In this document: one piece after another, positions 32,892 to 40,895 of the stretch
Numbering within the stretch: position 1 is the stretch's first letter
Layout of the letters: the number at the start of each line of letters is the position of its first letter
Source of the DNA: Thermoanaerobaculia bacterium
GTDB taxonomy: Bacteria; Acidobacteriota; Thermoanaerobaculia; UBA5066
Direction: 5' to 3'
Length of the DNA: 64,000 nucleotides
Assembly: GCA_963816185.1 (NCBI GenBank)
Contig: CAWFJJ010000001.1
Location: forward strand, 544,001 to 608,000
The notes under the pieces: model-generated
What the model was told of the DNA's origin: nothing
Databases searched by the model: none
Seen by the model: only the letters and a program-made list of their open reading frames with translations
Position numbers and translations under genes: made by a program

Positions 32892-34649
32892 GTGTTCCGA
32901 ACGTTCGCTCTCGTCTCTGCGGCGCTCGCCGCTCTTCTCGGCTTACTCGTGGCCTCGGGCCGCGAAGCGGGACGGGCGAAGGGGATCGGAAAAGGCCCGG
33001 ACCGCGCCGGAAATCGAATCGAACGGTGCGTGACCTGCCACGTGAAACCCGACGAGGATCCAGGCGGCGCGCACTCGAGGGCCGCGCTCGGCTGCGCGTC
33101 CTGCCATCTCGGGAATCCGCTGGCGTTCGAGAAAGAGAGAGCGCACGAGGGGCTGGAGCGCGAGCCGGGCGCGCTCTCCACCGTGGCCATGACGTGCGGC
33201 CGGGAGGATTGTCATGCGAGAGAGTCCGCGCGTGTCGCCACGTCGCCGATGACCCGCGCGAGTGGAATCGTGTCGGTCGACCGCTTCGCGTTCAGCGAAA
33301 TCCCGTCTCCGGATTGGTCCGAGACCGTCGCCGACGTCCTCACGGCCGTGCGCCCGACGCCGGCCGAGCTCCACCTCAGAAAGCTCTGCGCCGGCTGTCA
33401 CCTCGGAACGCGCCGCGCGAATCGCGACGATGCGATTCGCGGGAACGGCTCGGGCTGCGCGGCGTGCCATGTCGCCCGCCGGGAGAACGACTTGCCGCGC
33501 GCGCACCCGCCCATCGACGCGCGCGTCTCGAACGACCGCTGCTTCGGCTGCCACAGCCGGAGCGGCCGCATCAGCCTGACGTACGAAGGTCTCGCCGAGA
33601 TCGAGCCGGCTCAGGCCAAAGGAGCCGATGCCGCGTGCGCGGAGCCCGTTGCGCTTCCCGACGGCCGCCCCGTGTGCCGCGTGGCGCCCGACGTCCATCA
33701 GGCCGCCGGGATGTCCTGCATCGACTGCCACCTGCACACGGAGCTCATGGGCGACGGGACGGCTCGGACACACCAGGAAGAACAGACCGAGATCACGTGC
33801 GAGGCTTGCCACGGCCCGGTGCGCGAGGGCGGCGAGGTCCCGTGGCGCGAGGTCAGGGACCAGATCAGCATCGAGATTCGGGAGAGAGAAGAACGAAGAA
33901 AAGAGGAAGATTTTCTTAGAGGGGTTAAGAGGGGAGATGGCCGCGCGCCCGACGCGGGGGCCCGAGTCGAATGGGCTGAGGCGTCCCACCAGGCCCTTTC
34001 TGAGAAATCTGCCTTCGCGACCTCTCCCGAAGCACCGACTCGCCTCGGTCGCCGCGGCACTCCCATTCTCAACCTTCTAAGAAATTCTTCTTCTTCCTCT
34101 TTCTCTTCGTCTTCTTCTTCCTCTCCCGCCTGGATCCTCATCCGCAAGCTCGACGGCGTCGCTTTGCCCGTGAAGCAGACACCGCATGATGCGAACCACA
34201 CGCGCAAGGGGCACGAGCGCCTCTCGTGCAGTGCCTGTCACACGGCATCCGCGCCGAGGTGCGACACGTGCCACACGACCTTCGATGCCTCGCGCACGCA
34301 GTGGGATTTCGCCGCGGGGAAGACGACGGCCGGCGCGTGGGTGGAGCGCTCGGAGGGCTTCTCGTGGGGCCCGCCTCTTCTCGGCGTGCGGTCGGACGGG
34401 AAGATCGTCCCCGCGGCCCCGGGAATGATCCTCGACATAGACGCGACGGCGGCGGGCGGCGGGAAGACCTCGCGCCGGCTCCTCGCGCCTATGGAGCCAC
34501 ATGCGACGGGGAAGAAAGCCCGCGCGTGTGAGAGCTGCCACCGCGCCCCGGCCGCGCCGGAGTTCGAGGCGGGCACGCGAACAGGGTTCCGTGACCTGAA
34601 CGCGGCCGAGAAGAAGCGTGTCGCGGCCGCCCGGCTGGAGCCCCGATAG
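32892..34649 (+). CDS. Multiheme c-type cytochrome (10 CxxCH plus 1 CX4CH)
   Basis: CVTCH, CASCH, CGREDCH, CAGCH, CAACH, CFGCH, CIDCH, CEACH, CSACH, CDTCH, CESCH. N-terminal hydrophobic anchor; SD GGAGG. Confidence 0.9.
   Translation: MFRTFALVSAALAALLGLLVASGREAGRAKGIGKGPDRAGNRIERCVTCHVKPDEDPGGAHSRAALGCASCHLGNPLAFEKERAHEGLEREPGALSTVAMTCGREDCHARESARVATSPMTRASGIVSVDRFAFSEIPSPDWSETVADVLTAVRPTPAELHLRKLCAGCHLGTRRANRDDAIRGNGSGCAACHVARRENDLPRAHPPIDARVSNDRCFGCHSRSGRISLTYEGLAEIEPAQAKGADAACAEPVALPDGRPVCRVAPDVHQAAGMSCIDCHLHTELMGDGTARTHQEEQTEITCEACHGPVREGGEVPWREVRDQISIEIREREERRKEEDFLRGVKRGDGRAPDAGARVEWAEASHQALSEKSAFATSPEAPTRLGRRGTPILNLLRNSSSSSFSSSSSSSPAWILIRKLDGVALPVKQTPHDANHTRKGHERLSCSACHTASAPRCDTCHTTFDASRTQWDFAAGKTTAGAWVERSEGFSWGPPLLGVRSDGKIVPAAPGMILDIDATAAGGGKTSRRLLAPMEPHATGKKARACESCHRAPAAPEFEAGTRTGFRDLNAAEKKRVAAARLEPR
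33881..34126. repeat. Three copies of the TCTAAGAAAT motif inside the multiheme cytochrome gene
   Basis: Reverse copy at 33881-33940, variant TTCTGAGAAATCT at ~33998, forward copy at 34061-34126. Confidence 0.6.
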
Positions 34650-34694
34650 GGCTGAGTTTTCCGGCGGGCGCGAGAGCCGGTTACGATCGGACGC

Positions 34695-36078
34695 GTGAAA
34701 GAGGACGACAAGACCGTTCCCGTTCCGAGCTGGTCGAACCTCGAGGCGGTCTTCGAATCGCTGGGTCGTGTCCTCATCTCGCTCGACGCGCAATTCGTGA
34801 TCATCCGCGCGAGCCACATGCTCGACGCTCTCGCGGGCGAAGGATCGGCCGCGAGAGTGATCGGCAAGCCGATCGAGTCGTTGATCGGCGCGCGCCTGTT
34901 TGGCCCGGAGGACTCGCTTCGCGAGGCGCTCCGGCAAGGGCGCCGCGAGGAGGGCCGGCGGGGTGTCCTGCGGTGCGGCGAGGATGCCGCCCGGCTCGTC
35001 TCGGTCACGACGGCCCCGGTCGCCGAGAACGTGATGAGCGCGTGCGATCCGCGGGCGCGGTATCTGGTCGTCCTCCGGCCCGCCGAGGACGACGACTCGA
35101 TTCTGCAGAGCGCGATCGCGTCGCACGGCCTCGTCGCGCGGTCGCTTCCGATGATGCGGATCGTCCATCTCGTCGAGTCGCTCCACCGGAGCGACGCCAC
35201 GGTCCTGATCACCGGGGAGAGCGGGACCGGGAAGGAAGTCATCGCGCGAGCCCTCCACGCCCAGTCGACGCACGGTGCCGGGCCGTTCGTCGCCGTGAAC
35301 TGCGCGGCCCTGCCGGGCGAGCTCCTGGAAAGCGAGCTCTTCGGGCACGTCCGCGGCGCGTTCACGGGCGCGGTGCGGGACCGCGTCGGGCGCCTCGAGA
35401 TGGCCCACGGCGGCACGCTCTTCCTCGACGAGGTCGGCGGAGATCCCGCCGGGCATCCAGGTCAAGCTCCTGCGCGTCCTGCAGGAGCGCGTGTTCGAGC
35501 GGGTCGGCGAGAGCAGTCCGAGGCGCCTCGACGCGCGGATCATCGCCGCGACGAACGCCGACCTCCACGACGCGATCCTCCAGGGAGAGCTTCCGGGAGG
35601 ACTTCTATTACCGCCTCCGCGTCGTGCCGATCCACATCCCGCCGCTGCGCGAGCGTCCGGTCGACGTCGAGCTGATCGCCCGGCACCTCCTCGCCCGCAT
35701 CGGCGGCCGCGAGAGGCCGCGTCGCTCCGGCTCTCCCCGGACACGCTCGCCGCTGCTCGAGGCTACCCGTGGCCCGGCAACGTGCGCGAGCTGGAGAACG
35801 CGCTCGAGTACGCCGTCGCCCTGTGCCGGAGCCAGACGATCCATGTGGAAGACCTTCCGGCCGAGATCCGGACGGCCCGGCCGCGGCAGGCGCAAGCCGT
35901 TCCGGCCCCGGATCCGGCGGGCTTGCCGCTTCCGGCCGGAGGGGAGGTCCAGAGGATCCGGGCGGCGCTCGAGCGGAACATGTGGAATCGCTCGAAATCC
36001 GCCCGGGAGCTCGGCATGAGCCGCAGCACCCTGTGGCACAAGATGAGGGAGCTGCGGATCGGGCCTGCCGCCGGCTGA
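34695..36078 (+). CDS. Sigma-54-dependent activator (copy 2), frameshifted in this sequence
   Basis: Colinear with copy 1 ([25 protein letters not shown]). The frame breaks several times between ~35440 and ~35760. Confidence 0.85.
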
Positions 36079-36085
36079 CCCGGTC

Positions 36086-36469
36086 CTAGTGCACGGCCGA
36101 GCCGTGCTCGTGGGCGTGGTCGGTGCAGGCGTCTGCGGGCGCGACCTCGCGCTCTTCGCCTCGCGCGATCTCGTCGAGGCAGCCACGGACCGTGGGCGCG
36201 CCCGCCCGAAGGACCGCGATCCCGGCGGCGTGCAACCGCTCGAGCGCTCCCGGGCCGATCCCGCCGACGACGACGGCGTCGATCTGCTCGCCGGCGAGCC
36301 CGTCCAACGGCCGGCAGGCGCCGTGCTCGTGCGCGACACGGCCGTTCGGAAGAGCTCGCGTCTCGCGCGACGCGCTGTCGACGAGGAGGAAGAGGGGAGC
36401 GGAGCCGAAGTGGCGGGAGACGGGGCTCTCGAGGCCGAGGTCCCGGGTCGTGGGGAAGCAGATCTTCAT
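36086..36469 (-). CDS. NifB/NifX-family (cofactor-binding-like) protein
   Basis: MKICFPT...VSRHFGSAPLFLLVD...HGAC...VVVGGIGPGA. Confidence 0.85.
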   Translation of the reverse strand: MKICFPTTRDLGLESPVSRHFGSAPLFLLVDSASRETRALPNGRVAHEHGACRPLDGLAGEQIDAVVVGGIGPGALERLHAAGIAVLRAGAPTVRGCLDEIARGEEREVAPADACTDHAHEHGSAVH

Positions 36470-36490
36470 GAGACCTTCCTTCCGGCGGCG

Positions 36491-37693
36491 TCAGCAGCCG
36501 CCCTGGATCTTCTTTTCACTTTCGGTTTCTTCGCGCCTGCGTGCCGGGCGGCGTCGGTGAGGCGGGCGATCTCCGCGCGCGCGTCCTCCCGAAACCGGTG
36601 GACGTCGGCATCCCAACGCCCGCCCGCCGGCACGAACGGCACCGGTGTCAGGATCGTCCTCTCGAAGCTCGGAAAGCCGCCCTCGAGGACCGCGACGTTC
36701 TCGTAGCCCAGCTCCTGGATCAGGAGGCACGCGGTCCGCGCCTGCGCTTCGGTCTCTCCGACGACGACCTTGCGGACGTGGCGCGGGGAAAGAGCGGCGC
36801 TCCATTCCTTGTTGAAGAGATCGCGCGGCACCGACGTTCACGGAGCCGGGCAGGGATCGGGCTGTCCAGGCCTGCGGGCTCCTCACGTCCACGATCCTTA
36901 CGTTCGGCTCGTGGTCGACGATTCGGAAGGCGAGCTCGTCGGCCGTCATCACCGGGACCGGGTGCGCCCCGGCGTACGCGCCGTCCGAAACGCGCGCGAG
37001 AAGCCTGCTCTTGTAGTCCGGCAGGACGAGGAGGACGCCGCCGAGGACGAGGAGAGCGGCGCCCGCCAGGACGTGGGGGCGCCGCGCGAACCGGAGGGAA
37101 GGAGCGGACACCGGAGCCACGCGCTTCTCGATCCACGTCGTCGCGGCGAAGGCCGTGACGGCCGCGGCGATGAGGAGGAAGGCGAACGCTCCCTGCGGAG
37201 ATGCCGAGCGAAGTCGAACACCTTCACGGGACCGAGCGAAGCTCGAGTCGTCGAAAGTGCTTGACGAGCGGGATAGCCCTCGCCGAACCCGAAGACGCCG
37301 AGGAGGCCGCCGCCCACGAAGAACATCGCGTCGACTTTCCCGATCGCCGCCGCGCAGACGCTCGTTCCGGGGCAGTAGCCGCCGAGGACGAAGCCGACCC
37401 CCATGATGACCCCGCCGACGATGGCCGGGCCAGAGCCAGGTGGGGTTGACGAAGATGGCGTCGGTGTCGAGAAGACCCGCGTACCCGAGGAGCAGGACGC
37501 CGATCATCGCCGTGACGGCGGCGGTGAAGAAGACGCGCAGGACCGTGAAGTCGTAGCCGTAGAAGACGCCGGCAAGCCGGCGCGACGAGGAGAACCCGGC
37601 CTGCTCGAGGACGAAGCCGAAGGCGATGCCGAGGACGAGCGCGACGACGAGGTTCAGCTGGTCGGAGATCAGGTCAGGCACGAAGGGTCCCAT
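36491..37693 (-). CDS. YeeE/YedE sulfur-compound transporter fused to a rhodanese-like domain, ending in GGC; frameshifted in this sequence
   Basis: FGFVLEQAGF, VLRVFFTA, GGYCPGT (other frame), IVDVRS, NVAVLEGG (other frame) and terminal KKIQGGC. Confidence 0.8.
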   Translation of the reverse strand: MGPFVPDLISDQLNLVVALVLGIAFGFVLEQAGFSSSRRLAGVFYGYDFTVLRVFFTAAVTAMIGVLLLGYAGLLDTDAIFVNPTWLWPGHRRRGHHGGRLRPRRLLPRNERLRGGDRESRRDVLRGRRPPRRLRVRRGLSRSSSTFDDSSFARSREGVRLRSASPQGAFAFLLIAAAVTAFAATTWIEKRVAPVSAPSLRFARRPHVLAGAALLVLGGVLLVLPDYKSRLLARVSDGAYAGAHPVPVMTADELAFRIVDHEPNVRIVDVRSPQAWTARSLPGSVNVGAARSLQQGMERRSFPAPRPQGRRRRDRSAGADRVPPDPGAGLRERRGPRGRLSELREDDPDTGAVRAGGRALGCRRPPVSGGRARGDRPPHRRRPARRREETESEKKIQGGC

Positions 37694-37696
37694 GTG

Positions 37697-38235
37697 TCAC
37701 CTCCCCGTCTTTCCGCCGAGCCAGAGCCTCCGCGCGAACCAGGCGAACAGCGTAGCCGGTGCCGAAGATCGCGAGCATCGTGACGAACCCGGCGGTCGAG
37801 AGGACCGCCATGCCGCTGAGGGCCGCGCCGCTCGTGCAGCCGCGCGCGAACTGGGCGCCGATGCCGAAGAGCGCGCCGCCGAGCGACGGCGAAGACCAGC
37901 GCAGCGCGCGGCGCGACGCGCGGGTCCCGCTTCGGTCACGATCTTCAAGCCGGTCCGAGACGAGGCCCGGAGATGAACGCGCCGATGAGGACGCCCGCGA
38001 CTTCGAAGACGAGCCAGGACTTGAGCGGGCTGTCCTTGCCCGGGCCCGACGTAAGTGCCGTAGAAGGCGGGCCCGGCCGCGTGCGCGGGCGCGACGCCGT
38101 CGACGGCCGCGACGACGACGCTCTTGATCGCGCCGCTCGCGCCGAGGCCGCGGCCCGGTGATGAAGATCGTCGCCGAGAAGGACCAGGCCGAGGAAGAAG
38201 CCGGCGAGATAGGGGTTCATGTACTTCGTGTTCAT
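37697..38235 (-). CDS. YeeE/YedE family protein, frameshifted in this sequence
   Basis: MNPYLAGFFLGLVLL, GLGASGA, SWLVFEVAG and ARGCTSGAAL, spread across frames. Confidence 0.78.
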
Positions 38236-38247
38236 GTCGTGCCTCTC

Positions 38248-38913
38248 TCACGTGCGACGGCCGGCGCATTCCGCGCCGTCGGCGGCCGTCGCGTCGACGG
38301 CGGTCCGTCTCGAGCTCTTCGTAGCCGGTGATCATCGCCTTGAGGTTCGACGTCACCGTGCTGCCGGTCGTGATCGAGGTAGAGGTGCGCGACGAGGAAC
38401 GACGACGAGCAGGAAGGCCCCGGCCGTGTGGACGAGCGCGATCGGCTCGAGGCCGTCGACGTTCAGGCCGAGGACCTCGTGCCGCTGCGGGTACCGGTAG
38501 AACATGTAGAGGAGCCCCGAGACGACCATACGCGGGATCACGAGCACCTTCAGCCCCGCGTAGACGAGCTTCTGCAGCGGGTTCAGCTTGCTGAGGACCG
38601 TCTTCCGGGTCGGGTGCGGCGCGTTCCGGAAGATGCCGAAGAGGTAGTACTCCGCCTGCGCCCGCAGGTTCGTCCAGGTCGGCACGTACTGCCGCCACTC
38701 GCCCGTCGTGAAGTGCCAGAAGATCGCGAAGACGATCAGGACGAGGAAGCGCGATCGCGGCGAAGCTGTGGTACCGCACCGCCTGCTCGAAGCCGAAGAA
38801 GCGGAGCGAGCCGTGGATCTCGAAGCCGGTCACGCGCGAGGAAGAGGATCAGCGCGGCCTGCGTCCAGTGCCAGAACCGCTCGAAGCCGCGATAGACGTA
38901 CTTCGCGTTTCAT
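38248..38913 (-). CDS. Cytochrome b subunit accompanying the octaheme reductase, frameshifted; 3' end approximate
   Basis: SD AAGGAGG. FERFWHWTQA, TGFEIHG, LNPLQKLVY, VHTAGAFLL and LKAMITGYEE, spread across frames. Confidence 0.75.
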
Positions 38914-40498
38914 CTCAGCTGTTCCTCCTTTCCGTTGCCGCCGGCCGACGACCACGCGCGCGCCGCCGTGGACGACGACCCCGGCGAGCGTCGAGCGACG
39001 AGCAGGCCGCAGCCGAGGCCGTCCACCCAGGGATTGCGGTCGCGCCCCGGCATGTAGAAGCCCGGCAGCGATTCGCGAGGCGGCCGTTCGTCGCGCGTGT
39101 GGCACTCGGTGCACGCCACGGCCTTGCTCCTTCGGCGACACCATGTGGTTGATCGGCCAGTTCATCTCGGTCTCGCACGAAGCCGTAGTGCCGCTGTAGG
39201 AAGGTCGACCTCCTTCATCCCCTCCTCGGCGGCCCGCTTCCAGTCGAAGTCGCTCCAGAAGCCGCCGTCGCCCGGCTTGCGCGAGAAGAGCTTCGGCTGG
39301 ATCAGGTCCGGTTCACCGTGTCGTAGATCTGCTTCGCCCGGTGGATCTTCACCGGAATGATCTTCGCGTCGGGGTCGTCGTAGCTGCCGAAGAGCTCGTT
39401 CATCTTCACCGGGCGTGCGACGGGTCGAGCGTGTCGCCGAGCAGGTAGTGGGAGGCCGTCCCGTTGAACCAGACGTAGTCGGGCTTCGAGGTTCTTCCCC
39501 CAGACGAACGAGCCCTTGATCGACATGTAGATGTCGGTCCCGCGGCGTCCTTCTCCTCGTAGGGCTTGCCGTCCCTCAGCCTCCCGGCGGTCGACCAGTC
39601 CCAGCGCAGCTTCGTCGGGTTGACCTTCGCGTAGATGGGGATGTGGCAGGTCTGGCAGGCGACCTTGAGCGTGTGCTCGTTCAGGATGTCGTCGGCGTGC
39701 GGCATCGCCGTGTGGCAGTGTCTCGCAGTCCACGCGGTTCCGGTTCATCGAGGAGACCGAGTAGAGCTTGCCGAGCATCTGGTGCTTCTCGGCCGTGTGG
39801 CAGTCGACGCACGGCATGTCGCGCCGTCGGAGCGCCATGTGGACGTCGACGTCGCGCGAGGGGTCGAACAGCGCCTTCTCCAGATCGCCGTGCTTCACGT
39901 TGTTCCCGCCGCCGCCGAAGAAGTGGCAGGTGCCGCAGTTCGTGCGCTGCGGCTTGCCCGACGTGCTGCGCGACGCTCGCCAGATCGACGGACGGGTCGG
40001 GCATGCCCGCGCCGCCGGCCGCTTTGACGTAGGTGCCGCTGTTGTCGTGGCAGGCGAGGCAGTCGACGTTGCAGCGGGTCCTTGAAGTCGAACGAGGCGT
40101 CGCCCAGCCGTAGCCGATGTGGCACTTGTCGCAGCTCTGCTGGTTGCCCGAGATGCCGATGCAGAAGTTGTTCAGGACGTTCCTCTTGCCGACGGGGCGG
40201 ATCCCCTTGCCCTCGATGTATTCGGTCCGCTCCCAGTTCCAGTGCGACGAGTGCATCACCTCGGTGTGCGCGCCCGTTGTGGCAGGAGATGCAGGCGGCG
40301 GTGACGTCCTGGGGCCGCGTGGAACTTGGCCTTGAGCTGGGGGAAGAGCGCGTGGTCGACGGAGGGCTTCGACGGTCTCGACGTGCGCGCCTTGAGCGCC
40401 TCGAGAGGCGTCGGTTCGGAGCTGCTCCGCCGGAGCGCGGTGAGCGCTAGCCCCGAGATGGCGAAGAGAGCGAGCAGCGCGAGGAGGATCCGCCTCAC
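38910..40498 (-). CDS. otr: Octaheme tetrathionate-reductase-family c-type cytochrome, frameshifted in this sequence
   Basis: CISCH, KRNVLNNFCIG, CDKCH, CLACH, CGTCHFFGGGGNNVKHGDL, CVDCH, CET(C)H, CQTCHIP, WPINHMV and CTECH, spread across frames. Confidence 0.85.
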
Positions 40499-40589
40499 GG
40501 CTCCGTCCGCCGCGTCGCGATCGGCTGTGCCGTGCCGTACATGACCTGACCTCGTTTCTGCGGCCGCCGGATGGCCACGCGCCCTCCAT

Positions 40590-40605
40590 CTCAAGAACGA
40601 CGCCA
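40590..40605 (-). promoter_or_regulatory. Sigma-54-type promoter for the otr operon (TGGCGTCGTTCTTGAG)
   Basis: -24 TGGC with correct spacing. The -12 element reads TTGA rather than TTGC. Confidence 0.55.
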
Positions 40606-40668
40606 ACCCCGAAGCCGGGAAAAGCCTCGAAAAACGGGGTCTTCCCCCCGTTCGGACGCACGGATGTC

Positions 40669-40827
40669 GCGACACGGTGTCCAGACACGGTGTCCGGCTT
40701 TACCCGGGCGCGGGTCCGCGATCGGCCGCTCGGCTCGACCTTCGCCAGGTCGCGCTCTCGCGACACGATGTTTCACGGTCGAGCAGCGACCTGAAACATT
40801 CCATTCCGCGAAGAGACATTCTGTTTC
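40669..40827. promoter_or_regulatory. Candidate enhancer sites GACA-N3-TGT (4 copies)
   Basis: GACACGGTGTC at 40671 and 40684, CGACACGATGTTTC at 40761 and GAGACATTCTGTTTC at 40813. Confidence 0.5.
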
Positions 40828-40857
40828 AGAAGACCGCGATTTCAGCGGTCCGGCGCC

Positions 40858-40873
40858 TGGCTCGGTTCTTGAA
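40858..40873 (+). promoter_or_regulatory. Sigma-54-type promoter for the psr operon (TGGCTCGGTTCTTGAA)
   Basis: Same TGGC-N7-TTGA form as the divergent promoter, 22 nt upstream of the psrA ATG. Confidence 0.55.
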
Positions 40874-40895
40874 GTGGCGCTCCCGAGGCAAAGAG

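Noticed and set aside
36086-36469. NifX-like gene as evidence of nitrogen fixation
   Set aside because: No nifHDK or nifENB genes are in the window, and this family is common in non-diazotrophs.
36470-36500. GGC-TGC-TGA at the end of the YeeE-rhodanese gene as a possible Cys-Sec end
   Set aside because: No hairpin follows the UGA, the next gene's SD comes straight after, and the paralog ends GGC-TAG.
35400-40330. Programmed ribosomal frameshifting or phase variation
   Set aside because: There are too many shifts per gene and no consistent slippery sites or repeat tracts. Assembly error is the simpler explanation.
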